This document shows positions 30,457-40,386 of a stretch of DNA of 64,000 nt, piece by piece. Below the pieces are notes generated by a model. The model saw only the letters and a list, made by a program, of their open reading frames with translations, ran no database searches and was not told where the DNA came from. Both the position numbers and the translations under genes were made by a program. Source of the DNA: Flavobacteriales bacterium (GTDB lineage: Bacteria; Bacteroidota; Bacteroidia; NS11-12g; UBA955); assembly GCA_947447955.1 (NCBI GenBank), contig CANFLS010000003.1:21048-85047 (forward strand). The letters run 5' to 3'. Position 1 is the stretch's first letter. Each line of letters opens with the position of its first letter.

Positions 30457-32013
30457 TTACAAACTATTATTAATAATTTGTTTGTCACTATTAATTAGAA
30501 CATATCCAGTTAATGGCAAATTGGGGTCAGTTTCTAACTTAAGCCAGCGCTTGGTTCTTAACCACCATTTCATTCTAATAGAAGGCATTCCTGCTTTGAA
30601 ATAATGGGTAATAAGTGCATTGGCTCTCAGTGTAATCCCTTTTTGGTTCATATTGTCCCACAAATAGTTTACCTCGTTTTCAATTTTACCCAACAATTGA
30701 ACTGAACTATCAACCCTACCAGAACCCAAACAAGTGCTGCAGATTTCAGAAGTTGCAATTTCAATGGCTGGTCTTACGCGTTCACGGGTAAGTTGCACCA
30801 AGCCAAATTTGCTCATTGGTAAAATATTGTGACGTGCCCTATCTTTCGCCATTGCATCTCTTAATGCTGTATGCAATGCCGCTTTTTTCTTGGGATCTTT
30901 CATGTCAATGAAATCGATCACAATAATTCCACCCATATCTCTCAGGCGAATTTGTCGTGCAATTTCATCAACGGCTTCGGTATTTACTTTGAACACATTT
31001 TCTTCTCGATTTTGAGGATCGAAAGAAGTGTTTCCGCTATTCACGTCAATAACGTGAAGGGCTTCAGTGTGTTCAATAATTAAGTAAGCTCCACCAGAGA
31101 ATGGTATGTTTTTACCGAAAGAAGATTTAATTTGTTTGTTTACGCCGTATTGGTCGAAAATAGGGAGTTTCCCTTGGTAATGACGCAATATTTTGGCTGC
31201 ATCCATGTTGTATTTTTCAAGAGTTTTCTTGAGGGATGCATGAATTTCAGCATCATCAACTGAAATTTGTGTGAAAGAATCATTTAAGATATCTCTAAGC
31301 AGAGAGTCAACGCGGTTTGCGTTGCCAATTACTTTTTCACCAACTTTTGCCTTACGTAATCCAATAACCAATTCATCCCACTTTTTGAGCAAGTCGCGCA
31401 GATCTTTATCGAGTTCTTCAATAGCAACTCCTTCAGAAACGGTACGCACAATTACCCCAAAGTTTTTAGGTTTAATTGAATGCGCCAGATCTTTCAGGCG
31501 AGTTTTTTCTTTTACATTTCCTATTTTTTTAGAAATAGAAACTTGACGAGAAAAGGGGACGAGAATAAAGTATCGGCCAGGGAGAGAAATATCACAGGTA
31601 ATTTTGGGTCCTTTATTCGCAATAGGTTCTTTAATAACCTGCACGAGGGCCAATTCACCTGATCTAAGTACATTGCCTATTTTACCTGTTTTAACAGTTT
31701 GCTCTTCTAATTCAAAGCTATCTAAATCACCTGAATTGGGGTTTCCATCGAGGGTCATGCGGACAAATTTCTGCAATGACCGAACGTTGGGCCCTAAGTC
31801 GAAATAGGTTAGAAAGCCGTCTTTTTCTCCGCCAACATTTACAAATGCTGCATTTAGCGAAGGAGAGATTTTACGAACTTTCCCCAAGTAGAAGTCGCCC
31901 ACCTGGAAAGGTGAGTCAACTGCTTCTTTGTGAAACTCCGATAATTTTTTGTCAGACAGTAAGGCAATCTCTATTCCTGACGAACTCTTTTTTATTATTA
32001 ATTCGTTAGACAA
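30457..32013 (-). CDS. rng: ribonuclease G/E family endoribonuclease
   Basis: An S1 domain followed by the catalytic core (IIEHTEALHVIDVNSG, LRDMGGIIVIDFIDM). Confidence 0.85.
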   Translation of the reverse strand: MSNELIIKKSSSGIEIALLSDKKLSEFHKEAVDSPFQVGDFYLGKVRKISPSLNAAFVNVGGEKDGFLTYFDLGPNVRSLQKFVRMTLDGNPNSGDLDSFELEEQTVKTGKIGNVLRSGELALVQVIKEPIANKGPKITCDISLPGRYFILVPFSRQVSISKKIGNVKEKTRLKDLAHSIKPKNFGVIVRTVSEGVAIEELDKDLRDLLKKWDELVIGLRKAKVGEKVIGNANRVDSLLRDILNDSFTQISVDDAEIHASLKKTLEKYNMDAAKILRHYQGKLPIFDQYGVNKQIKSSFGKNIPFSGGAYLIIEHTEALHVIDVNSGNTSFDPQNREENVFKVNTEAVDEIARQIRLRDMGGIIVIDFIDMKDPKKKAALHTALRDAMAKDRARHNILPMSKFGLVQLTRERVRPAIEIATSEICSTCLGSGRVDSSVQLLGKIENEVNYLWDNMNQKGITLRANALITHYFKAGMPSIRMKWWLRTKRWLKLETDPNLPLTGYVLINSDKQIINNSL

Positions 32014-32030
32014 GATTGTTTAGTTATCGC

Positions 32031-32120
32031 TTATTTCTTTTTGTGACGATTCTTTCTCAAACGTTTTTTACGCTTGTGAGTAGCGATTTTATGTCTTTTT
32101 CTTTTTTTACCACTTGGCAT
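32031..32120 (-). CDS. 29-aa hyperbasic small protein (MPSGKKRKRHKIATHKRKKRLRKNRHKKK), a candidate bS22-like ribosomal mini-protein
   Basis: Clean ATG...TAA ORF below the track's size cutoff, in a 107-bp gap between rng and the TPR gene on the same strand. Its composition matches very small basic ribosomal proteins. Confidence 0.45.
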   Translation of the reverse strand: MPSGKKRKRHKIATHKRKKRLRKNRHKKK

Positions 32121-32138
32121 ATCTATAAATATTAAAGG

Positions 32139-32945
32139 TTATTGTTTTTGATTTTTTTGACTTTTCACCGCTAAATTCAAATAAATTTTCGCGTTTGTAG
32201 AGTCTCCCAGGTTTCCATAAATGTCGCTTGTTTCAAACAACCAATAAGGATTTTGGGGTTGCAAAGATACCAATTTTTGGGACTTTTTTATCGCTTTTTC
32301 CCATTGTTGTGATTTTTTTAATAAATTGAGGTGAATGAAATTCAACTCAATGTTATTACTATCAATGAGTAACGACTCTTTTAGCGTGGCTAAAAATTGC
32401 ATAGGTTGGTTTAAATATTCGCTTTGATAGATAATTAACGCATTGCGTAGTTCCATATTTTTCGAATTTTGAGCCAATCCTTTGTCAATTAAAATTTTTC
32501 CTTGTTGAAAAAGGAAACCACTAATTTTTTTATTATCGCTGTATTCAGCAGCGGTAAAAATAAGCTGACGCGCTATTTCGGTTTCTTTCCCTTCTTTAAA
32601 AAGCGCAAATAAATCGTAACTAATAACGGCAACCAATGCGTGGTTCTGAGTTTCCTCTGCCCATTTCAATGCTTTTTTAGAACTATCAGCCGGCATTGAT
32701 CCTCCCGGAGAAAGTAAAATTCTAGAAATGTCAATAGGAGGTTTCGTTTTATCAAAAACAGCATTTAAAAAGGCAACACGATCTACTGGCTCATTTTGTG
32801 ATCCACCCATTTGCATGGATGGATTCTTAGAGTCAGTAGATGGTGTTGCCTGAGAGGACTTCCAACGGTTAAATGTGAAAGCAAATGTTAACACAGCAGC
32901 AGAAGCAACAGCGATAACAATCTCTTTAGAAGGTTTTTTCACCAA
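32139..32945 (-). CDS. membrane-anchored TPR-like repeat protein, function unknown
   Basis: An N-terminal TM segment followed by a helical-repeat region. Confidence 0.45.
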   Translation of the reverse strand: MVKKPSKEIVIAVASAAVLTFAFTFNRWKSSQATPSTDSKNPSMQMGGSQNEPVDRVAFLNAVFDKTKPPIDISRILLSPGGSMPADSSKKALKWAEETQNHALVAVISYDLFALFKEGKETEIARQLIFTAAEYSDNKKISGFLFQQGKILIDKGLAQNSKNMELRNALIIYQSEYLNQPMQFLATLKESLLIDSNNIELNFIHLNLLKKSQQWEKAIKKSQKLVSLQPQNPYWLFETSDIYGNLGDSTNAKIYLNLAVKSQKNQKQ

Positions 32946-32967
32946 GTTTAATTAAAGCAGAAATTGC

Positions 32968-33267
32968 TTATAATTTGTCATTCAAAACCTTGCTTTCTTT
33001 CACTTGTCCAGCGAATTCTTTTGCAGGTTTAAAACGTGCTACAAAATGAGCAGGAACAACCAAAGAAGTATTACGTTTGATATTACGCGCAACTTTAGTT
33101 TTTCTTTCTTTTAACTCAAATGTACCAAATCCCCTTAAATAGATGTTATTACCATTTACCATAGAGTTTTTTACAACAACAAATAAGTTGTCAATAGTGT
33201 CCGCAATAGCAGTCTTTTCAAGACCGGTGCGAACCGCAATTTCGTTTACAATTTCAGACTTTGTCAT
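32968..33267 (-). CDS. hup: HU-family DNA-binding protein
   Basis: MTKSEIVNEIA...GFGTFELKERKTKVARN, 99 aa. Confidence 0.85.
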   Translation of the reverse strand: MTKSEIVNEIAVRTGLEKTAIADTIDNLFVVVKNSMVNGNNIYLRGFGTFELKERKTKVARNIKRNTSLVVPAHFVARFKPAKEFAGQVKESKVLNDKL

Positions 33268-33316
33268 GATTCAATGTGCAAAAAAAATAAATATTCCCGT
33301 TTTTTGCACAATATTT

Positions 33317-34360
33317 ATGCAAAATGTTATCCCTAATTTGTTGACGTGGTACAAAAAAGTACACAGGAAGCTTCCGTGGCGTGAAACGTCAAACCCTTAT
33401 TATATATGGGTTTCAGAGGTTATTTTACAGCAAACTAGGGTCGAACAAGGGCGTGAATACTATTTAAAATTTGTCGATAAATTTCCTGATATTTTTTCGT
33501 TGGCAAGGGCCGAGGAGTCAGAAATCCTGAAAATTTGGCAAGGATTGGGATATTATGCCCGTGCCAGGAATATGCATTTCGCTGCAAAACAAATGGTTGA
33601 TTTGCACCAAGGAAATTTCCCGAATGATTATTTTGAAATCAAAAATTTACGTGGAATTGGCGATTATACGGCTGCCGCAATTGCCTCTTTTGCCTTCAAA
33701 CAACATTACCCGGCAATTGATGGAAATGTGAAGCGGGTTACAGCGCGTTTTTATGGAATTGACCTTCCAATTTCTTCTCCGGCGTTCTATAAATTGGTTG
33801 AAAAAGAATTGTTCCTAGCTATAAAAACTACCGAGCCAGATATTTTCAATCAGGCCATGATTGAACTAGGTGCAATGGTTTGCACTCCCGTTAATCCCAA
33901 ATGCGATATTTGCCCAATTCAATCAGAATGCGTTGCATTTAAATTTGATAAAACATTGGAACTGCCAAATAATCCCCCAAAAAAGAAACCGATACGGAAA
34001 TATTTGCACTTTTTTTATATTGAAGCGGAGGGACATTTGGTTTTGCAACAAAGACCAAGCGAAGGAATTTGGGGTGGGCTTAACGAATTCCCTTGTATTG
34101 AATCACTTGGGGTAGATGAAATTCCAGAAAATATGATGGAATATTTGGGCCTTGAGAATGGTTCTTTTGAAATTGTTGACAATTTTGAATTCAAACATTT
34201 GCTTACCCATCAAACAATTTTTGCCAAACTTTGGCACATAAAAGTAAATACAAAGAATATTCTAACTTCGAAGAATTGGAATTTGATAAAAATTAATGAT
34301 ATTCGTACCTTTCCACTACACAAATTGATGGTGAAAATTTTAGATAAATTGCACTTATAA
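33317..34360 (+). CDS. mutY: A/G-specific adenine DNA glycosylase MutY, with a C-terminal NUDIX-like domain
   Basis: LTWYKKVHRKLPWR...YYIWVSEVILQQTRV and a 4Fe-4S cluster loop (CTPVNPKCDICP). The start is taken at MQNVIP, because the longer track ORF overlaps hup. Confidence 0.85.
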   Translation: MQNVIPNLLTWYKKVHRKLPWRETSNPYYIWVSEVILQQTRVEQGREYYLKFVDKFPDIFSLARAEESEILKIWQGLGYYARARNMHFAAKQMVDLHQGNFPNDYFEIKNLRGIGDYTAAAIASFAFKQHYPAIDGNVKRVTARFYGIDLPISSPAFYKLVEKELFLAIKTTEPDIFNQAMIELGAMVCTPVNPKCDICPIQSECVAFKFDKTLELPNNPPKKKPIRKYLHFFYIEAEGHLVLQQRPSEGIWGGLNEFPCIESLGVDEIPENMMEYLGLENGSFEIVDNFEFKHLLTHQTIFAKLWHIKVNTKNILTSKNWNLIKINDIRTFPLHKLMVKILDKLHL

Positions 34361-34361
34361 A

Positions 34362-34784
34362 TTGAATTCTATGATTAACAAAGTTATTCTTTTGGGACGT
34401 TTGGGTAAAGATCCAGTAATTCGTAAACTCGATAATGGCAGAATTGTTGCCAATGTTTCTTTGGCAACCAATGATTTTTATACCAAAGATGGCCAAAGAA
34501 TGGAAAGTACCGAATGGCATAATTTAGAAATGTGGGATCAACAAGCGTTAACCGCTGAAAAGTATTTCAAAAAAGGCAATATCTTGTATGTGGAAGGTAA
34601 AATTCGCACCGATAAATATGTTGATGCGGAAGGAATTGAAAAGCAATTGCGCAAAATACGCGTAACTAGTTTTCAAATGATGAGCAGCATGGGTGGTGGC
34701 GGATCAAATGATCAAAATAAACCTGTTGATTCAATGGGTGACCACCTCAAGGGAGATGTTGAAAACGATAATCATTTAAGTTAA
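34362..34784 (+). CDS. ssb: single-stranded DNA-binding protein
   Basis: OB-fold N-terminus (VILLGRLGKDPVIR...TEWHNLEMW) and a Gly-rich linker. The C-terminus ...VENDNHLS is non-canonical. Confidence 0.85.
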   Translation: MNSMINKVILLGRLGKDPVIRKLDNGRIVANVSLATNDFYTKDGQRMESTEWHNLEMWDQQALTAEKYFKKGNILYVEGKIRTDKYVDAEGIEKQLRKIRVTSFQMMSSMGGGGSNDQNKPVDSMGDHLKGDVENDNHLS

Positions 34785-34787
34785 TCA

Positions 34788-36119
34788 ATGGACGACGCCG
34801 GCCCTCAAGCCTTAACTACGGGATTGGGAATTCTGAAAGATATTCCCTCCGAAAATATTCCCACAATTGTTGGACTTTTTTTAGCCATGCTTTTGTGCTT
34901 GGTAATTTCTTCCATTTGTGCAGCATCTGAAAATGCATTTTTCTCTCACAAAGAGAATGATTTGGAAGAGTTAGAGCAATCTAAAGATAGAAAATCTGTA
35001 GCTATTTTAAAACTGCTGAGCAAGCCAAAACATCTTTTGGCAACCATTTTATTGCTGAATAGTTTGGTTATTGTTGCTTTTGTTATTCTTTCTAAATTGT
35101 TTTATGAGAATATTTTAAATAACGACAAATATCCTTGGTTGGAGTTTTTTATCGATACCATTTTGGTAACATTGGTTATTTTAATTTTTGGTGAAGTAAT
35201 GCCAAAAGTTTATGCAACCCAAAATTATAAGAAATCTGCAAAATTTTTGGTTGTTCCAATGAGCTCTTTCTATTGGATACTTTATCCGTTTACCTCAGTT
35301 TTGGAAAAAGTAGGTGAATTTTTAGAAAAGAATGCCAAAAGAACAGCTCCAGAATTAACGTCAGAAGAACTTTCGCATGCCATTGATTTGACAACCGATG
35401 AAGATGATGCGAAACAAGAAAAGGAAATTCTTAAAGGAATTGTGAATATGGGAAATATTCAAGTGAAGCAAATTATGGTTTCGCGATTGGATATGATTGC
35501 CTTAGATATTGAAGATGACTTTGAAACTGTGCTCAAGCGAACCCGTGAAATGGGATATTCGAGAATGCCAGTTTTTAAAGAAAACTTAGATCAAATTGTT
35601 GGGGTGTTGAATGTGAAAAATTTATTACCTCATTTAAATGAGAAAAACGACTTTCATTGGCAATCGCTCATTTTTGCTCCGTTTTTCATTCCTGAAAACA
35701 AGGCCATTGACGATTTGCTGCAAGAACTTAGAACCAAGCATGCGCATATTGCAATCGTGGTTGATGAGTTCGGCGGAACCTCGGGAATGGTAACGCTAGA
35801 AGATGTTCTTGAAGAGGTTTTTGGTGAACTAAATGATGAGTTTGATGAGCAAACTCCAGATTATATTAAGGTGAATAATTTCACTTATATTTACGAAGGA
35901 AAAACCTTAATTGTTGACTTTTTGAGAGAAACAGGATTGTCTGTTTCATTATTTGATTCACTTGAAATTGAATCAGATACCTTGGCGGGATTGATTACTG
36001 AATTCAAAGGACTCATTCCTAAAAAAGGCGAAAATATCACAATTGAAAATGTTCAATTTATTGTGGAGGCAGCCGATCCCCGCAAAGTGAAAAAAATAAG
36101 AGTAATTTTACCACAATGA
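34788..36119 (+). CDS. gldE: gliding-motility protein GldE (CorC/HlyC-family CBS-domain membrane protein)
   Basis: DUF21 TM domain, two CBS domains and a CorC_HlyC domain. The mutY-ssb-gldE-gldD synteny is known from Flavobacterium johnsoniae. Confidence 0.7.
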   Translation: MDDAGPQALTTGLGILKDIPSENIPTIVGLFLAMLLCLVISSICAASENAFFSHKENDLEELEQSKDRKSVAILKLLSKPKHLLATILLLNSLVIVAFVILSKLFYENILNNDKYPWLEFFIDTILVTLVILIFGEVMPKVYATQNYKKSAKFLVVPMSSFYWILYPFTSVLEKVGEFLEKNAKRTAPELTSEELSHAIDLTTDEDDAKQEKEILKGIVNMGNIQVKQIMVSRLDMIALDIEDDFETVLKRTREMGYSRMPVFKENLDQIVGVLNVKNLLPHLNEKNDFHWQSLIFAPFFIPENKAIDDLLQELRTKHAHIAIVVDEFGGTSGMVTLEDVLEEVFGELNDEFDEQTPDYIKVNNFTYIYEGKTLIVDFLRETGLSVSLFDSLEIESDTLAGLITEFKGLIPKKGENITIENVQFIVEAADPRKVKKIRVILPQ

Positions 36120-36697
36120 TGATTCGTGTTTTTATAGTGCTCATGTTAGGTTTTTTTGGGTCGTGTTCTTCAACCGATAACTACGTTCCAAAGCCACATG
36201 CTTATCCAAAACTGACATTGCCGCACAAGAAATATTTCAAATTCGAGAGTGAAAATTGTCCTTTTACATTCAATATCCCTCATTATGGAATCATGCTGCC
36301 CGACGAAAATGCAAAAGGCAAGAATTGGTATAATTTACATTTTCCAACATTGAATGCAACCTTGCATTTAACATACTACAATTTTAAAAATTGGGCAACG
36401 TATGATTCATTGTTGTCGGATTCGAGAAGTTTGGTAAATAAACATTTGCAAAAAGCCGAAGACATTATTGAAGAGCCAGTTTCGAATTTTAATCCCAAAG
36501 TTCAGGGATTGGTGTTTCATATTCAAGGGAATACAGCAACCAATTTGAATTTCTTTACAACAGATAGCAGTAAGCATTTTTTACGCGGTGCGTTGTATTT
36601 TAACAAACAAACTCAGTCTGACTCAATTTATCCAGTTTTTCAATTTCTTGAGAAAGATGTAAATGAATTGTTGAAATCGTTTGAGTGGAAGAAATAA
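36116..36697 (+). CDS. gldD: gliding-motility lipoprotein GldD
   Basis: Lipobox FFGSCS, about 190 aa, and translationally coupled to gldE. Confidence 0.6.
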   Translation: MMIRVFIVLMLGFFGSCSSTDNYVPKPHAYPKLTLPHKKYFKFESENCPFTFNIPHYGIMLPDENAKGKNWYNLHFPTLNATLHLTYYNFKNWATYDSLLSDSRSLVNKHLQKAEDIIEEPVSNFNPKVQGLVFHIQGNTATNLNFFTTDSSKHFLRGALYFNKQTQSDSIYPVFQFLEKDVNELLKSFEWKK

Positions 36698-36727
36698 CCC
36701 ATTTAATTTCACGTTTAATATCATAAG

Positions 36728-38626
36728 ATGATAAAAAAGTTTTTATTGGTTTTTATAGGATTGTCTACTTTATCACTGTTTGCTCAGTCAAAAAAGAAAT
36801 GCCAAGAATTGCAGGATAAGGCCTATGCCGACTTTCAAGCGGGAATGTACAACGATGCATTGTCTTCTATCAAAAAATCAATTAAATGTGATCCAAATGC
36901 ATCTACGGCTTATGCCATTCAAGCCGAAATTTATGAAACTATAAAAGACAGTGCGAATGCTATTAAATCGCATAAAATGTGCATCAAAACCGATACGCTT
37001 TATCAGTCGAGTTACTATTATTACGCTTTTTATCTCTTTAGAATGTCTCGATTTGATGAGTCATTGGCTGCGCTTGCTCAGTATGATAAAGTCCCTCAAA
37101 TGAAAGATTTTGACAAATCTAGGGATGCTGCTTCTGCCAGTATGAAAGGGAAGGTAGATAGGTTGAGAGCCTCAATTGAAATGGCGAAAAAAGACCTAGG
37201 TGATTTATTGAAAATGGAAATCCAAAACATGGGTGAATCCATCAATTCTTCATTAAATGAATATTGGCCTGGAATGCCAATTAATGGAAATACATTCGTA
37301 TTTACCCGTTTGGTAAACAACCAAGAAGATTTTTATGTAGCCAAAATGGGTGCAAATGGCTGGGAAAAAGCCCGTTTTGCTCCGGGTAAAATCAATACGA
37401 TTGAAAATGAAGGCACGAATTCTGTATATTTCGGAGCCAAAGAACAATTGATGTTCTATACCGTTTGTAACCAAGGTGGTTATGGTAGCTGCGATTTGTT
37501 TTACTCTGAAATGAGTAACGAAAAATGGGGCGAACGAAAAAACATGGGAGAAGTTGTGAACTCATCCCAATGGGATGCCCAACCTTCAATTAGCGGCGAT
37601 GGCAATAAAATAATTTTTTCAAGTGCAAGACCGGGTGGAATGGGAGGGAAGGATTTATGGATGACCCAAAAGGTGAATGGTGCATGGACCAAACCAGTGA
37701 ATTTAGGACCTACCATTAATACCAAACTCGATGAGGAAGCTCCATTTATTCACTATGATGGGGTAACCCTTTATTTTGCAAGCAATGGACACCCAGGATA
37801 TGGCAAACATGATATTTTTATGTCGCGCTTGTCTGATGATGGATCATGGGCCAAACCAGAAAATTTAGGCAAAGGTGTAAATACCTCCCAAGATGACGTT
37901 GGTTTTTATGTAGATGCTTCGGCACAGAAAGCCTATTTTGCTTCTGCCAGAGATGGCGGATTTGGTGGTTTGGATATTTACTCAATCAAATTAATTGACA
38001 AATTCAAGCCAAAACCAGTTAATTATTTACTTGGTAAAGTCATTGACAAGGAAACCAAAAAGCCAATTTCGGCGAAAGTTCGCTTGGTGAATTTACAAAC
38101 TCAAAAGGTTATTTTCCAAGACAGCGTTTCAACATTTTTAATTCCGGTAAATGCTGGAAACAATTATGCATTGCACTCAATGGCAAAAGGATATATGCTC
38201 GATTCAAGAAATTTTCAACCTACAGAATCTACCATTGATAAACCCTATATCGTTGAAGCATTATTGGAGCGGATAAAAACCAATCAAATTGTTACCTTGA
38301 ATAATATTTTCTTCGATATTGATAAATACGATTTGAAACCGGAAAGCGATGTTGAATTAAAAACGGTTTTGCAATTGTTAACGGCCAATCCAACAATGAA
38401 AATTGAAATTTCAGGGCATACAGACAATACGGGTTCAGAAGTTCACAACAAGGAACTATCGGCAAATAGGGCTACCGCATTAAAGTTGTTTTTGGAAAAA
38501 TTGGGAATAGCGCCGTTAAGGTTACTTGCAAAAGGTTATGGTGCTTCTAAACCCAATGAATCAAACGATACTGAAGCGGGTAGAGCAAAAAACCGAAGAA
38601 TAGAAATCCGAATTTTAAACCTATAA
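36728..38626 (+). CDS. OmpA-family protein with TPR, TolB-like propeller and CarboxypepD_reg segments
   Basis: C-terminal OmpA domain (ISGHTDNTGS...RAKNRRIEI). WD40-like TolB repeats (FSSARPGGMGGKDLWM). Confidence 0.75.
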   Translation: MIKKFLLVFIGLSTLSLFAQSKKKCQELQDKAYADFQAGMYNDALSSIKKSIKCDPNASTAYAIQAEIYETIKDSANAIKSHKMCIKTDTLYQSSYYYYAFYLFRMSRFDESLAALAQYDKVPQMKDFDKSRDAASASMKGKVDRLRASIEMAKKDLGDLLKMEIQNMGESINSSLNEYWPGMPINGNTFVFTRLVNNQEDFYVAKMGANGWEKARFAPGKINTIENEGTNSVYFGAKEQLMFYTVCNQGGYGSCDLFYSEMSNEKWGERKNMGEVVNSSQWDAQPSISGDGNKIIFSSARPGGMGGKDLWMTQKVNGAWTKPVNLGPTINTKLDEEAPFIHYDGVTLYFASNGHPGYGKHDIFMSRLSDDGSWAKPENLGKGVNTSQDDVGFYVDASAQKAYFASARDGGFGGLDIYSIKLIDKFKPKPVNYLLGKVIDKETKKPISAKVRLVNLQTQKVIFQDSVSTFLIPVNAGNNYALHSMAKGYMLDSRNFQPTESTIDKPYIVEALLERIKTNQIVTLNNIFFDIDKYDLKPESDVELKTVLQLLTANPTMKIEISGHTDNTGSEVHNKELSANRATALKLFLEKLGIAPLRLLAKGYGASKPNESNDTEAGRAKNRRIEIRILNL

Positions 38627-38753
38627 ACGAGTTCGTTGATTTTTAAGAAGCTCAAATTGAATCATTTGCATTTTTTTGAGTTTTGTTGTGCAATTTTGCC
38701 ATCGTTTAGTCGTCTTATTCGCTAAAGACTCAATATTTATTTTTTAGACAAGT

Positions 38754-40385
38754 ATGAATTTTAGAAAAATACTATTTGCTTTATTGTTGATTGGTTTAGG
38801 ATCAAAAGCAAATGCGCAAAATTGCAATGTTATTTTAGGTAGACCCACCGACACATCAATGACGGCCAATGTGCTGTTTGATCAAAATGTAACCACCTAT
38901 CTCGAGTATGGTTTGGTTTCGGGAAGTTATACAATGTCAACCTCCCCAATCAATGTAAATGCAAGCGTTGCAACCGACATTGATATGCGTTTCTTGAAGG
39001 GTAATACCCGTTATTATTACCAAGTGAAATTTAAGAAAACAGGTGCTGCGAGCTATTTAAATACACCTGAATATAGCTTTATTACACAAAGAGCCAAAGG
39101 TGAAACTTTTACTTTTACCCTAGAGGCTGATGAACATTTGTACGACAAAAAAGGGGTGAAAAATATGTATGAAGTTTGCTTGCAAAACCAAGCGAATGAC
39201 AAACCCGATTTTATGATGTCGTTGGGCGATATTTTTGGCGATGACCACAATCCCAAAACAATTACTTCAGCTGAACTAAAAGCCTTGCACGAAGATTACA
39301 GACCTTTTTTAGGTAAATTATGTCACTCAATACCATTTTATGTTTGCCTAGGAAATCATGAAGGCGAAATGGATTATTGGTTGGCTCAAGCGCCTCCAAA
39401 CAATATGGCAATCAATGCAACTCTTTGGAGAAAATATTACTACCCAAATCCGTACCCAAATTCTTTTTATTCAGGAAATCCAAACCAAGAGCCTTATGGT
39501 GTTGGCAATCCAGAAAACTACTATGCTTGGACATGGGGAGATGCACAATTTATTGTTCTAGATGCTTATAGAGATCAGTGCGATTCATCGGCGAAACCAC
39601 AAGGCTGGAATTGGTCATTGGGCAAGCCTCAATACGATTGGTTGAAAAAAACATTGGAATCGAGCACCTCTAAATACAAGTTTGTATTTTGTCATCATGT
39701 TCGCGGACAAGGTAGGGGCGGCGTTACCAATGCCAAATTATTTGAATGGGGTGGATATGAACAAAACGGTACTTCTTATACGTTTGATTCGAAAAGACCA
39801 GGCTGGGGTAAGCCTATTCACAAGTTGTTTGTAGATAACGGAGTAAATATCTTTTTCCAAGGTCATGACCATGTATTTGCCCATGAAGTGTTAGACGGGG
39901 TAACTTACCAAGAAGTTCCAATGGCTGCCGATTCTACCTATATGATTGGAAAATTGGCCAATGCCGATGCCTATGTTTCAGATACTCTCGACGGTACTGG
40001 ACATTTGAGGGTTGTGGTTTCTCAGGCATGTGTGAAAGTTGAATATGTGAAAGCGTATTTACCAAAAGACACAGTTTCTGGTGACCATAAAAATGCAGAA
40101 ATTGGATTTTCGTATAGCATCGGTACTTGTCCCTCAAATACCTTAAATCCACTCGACAAAGATGCGGTTAAGGTATATCCAAACCCTGGAACTTCTTTGA
40201 TGTCTGTATTGTTTAGAGAGAATATTATAAATCCTTCAATGGATTTGTATTCAGCCACAGGACAACATGTGATGAAATTGGCATCGAAAGATTTTGATGT
40301 AAGCACTTTAGAAAGTGGGATTTATTTCTTGAAAATAGAAACGGAAACATCAAGATTAACCACCAAAATTATTGTCAATCATTAA
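38754..40385 (+). CDS. secreted purple-acid-phosphatase-like metallophosphoesterase with a T9SS C-terminal domain (paralog 1)
   Basis: Fn3-like PAP N-terminal domain. Metallophosphatase motifs GDIFGDDH, GNHEGE and GHDHVFAHE. C-terminal domain VYPNPGTSL...GIYFLKIE. Confidence 0.7.
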   Translation: MNFRKILFALLLIGLGSKANAQNCNVILGRPTDTSMTANVLFDQNVTTYLEYGLVSGSYTMSTSPINVNASVATDIDMRFLKGNTRYYYQVKFKKTGAASYLNTPEYSFITQRAKGETFTFTLEADEHLYDKKGVKNMYEVCLQNQANDKPDFMMSLGDIFGDDHNPKTITSAELKALHEDYRPFLGKLCHSIPFYVCLGNHEGEMDYWLAQAPPNNMAINATLWRKYYYPNPYPNSFYSGNPNQEPYGVGNPENYYAWTWGDAQFIVLDAYRDQCDSSAKPQGWNWSLGKPQYDWLKKTLESSTSKYKFVFCHHVRGQGRGGVTNAKLFEWGGYEQNGTSYTFDSKRPGWGKPIHKLFVDNGVNIFFQGHDHVFAHEVLDGVTYQEVPMAADSTYMIGKLANADAYVSDTLDGTGHLRVVVSQACVKVEYVKAYLPKDTVSGDHKNAEIGFSYSIGTCPSNTLNPLDKDAVKVYPNPGTSLMSVLFRENIINPSMDLYSATGQHVMKLASKDFDVSTLESGIYFLKIETETSRLTTKIIVNH

Positions 40386-40386
40386 A

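Noticed and set aside
33143-33316. 174-bp N-terminal extension of mutY in the track ORF, and similar extensions at 4892-4987, 5691-5738, 22334-22366, 12940-12966 and 706-744.
   Set aside because: The extensions overlap neighbouring genes or promoters and are not protein-like. The internal Met gives the conserved N-terminus in each case.
38627-38753. A possible terminator hairpin after the OmpA-family gene (CAAAT...ATTTG followed by a T-run).
   Set aside because: The stem is only 5-6 bp with mismatches, which is too weak to call.
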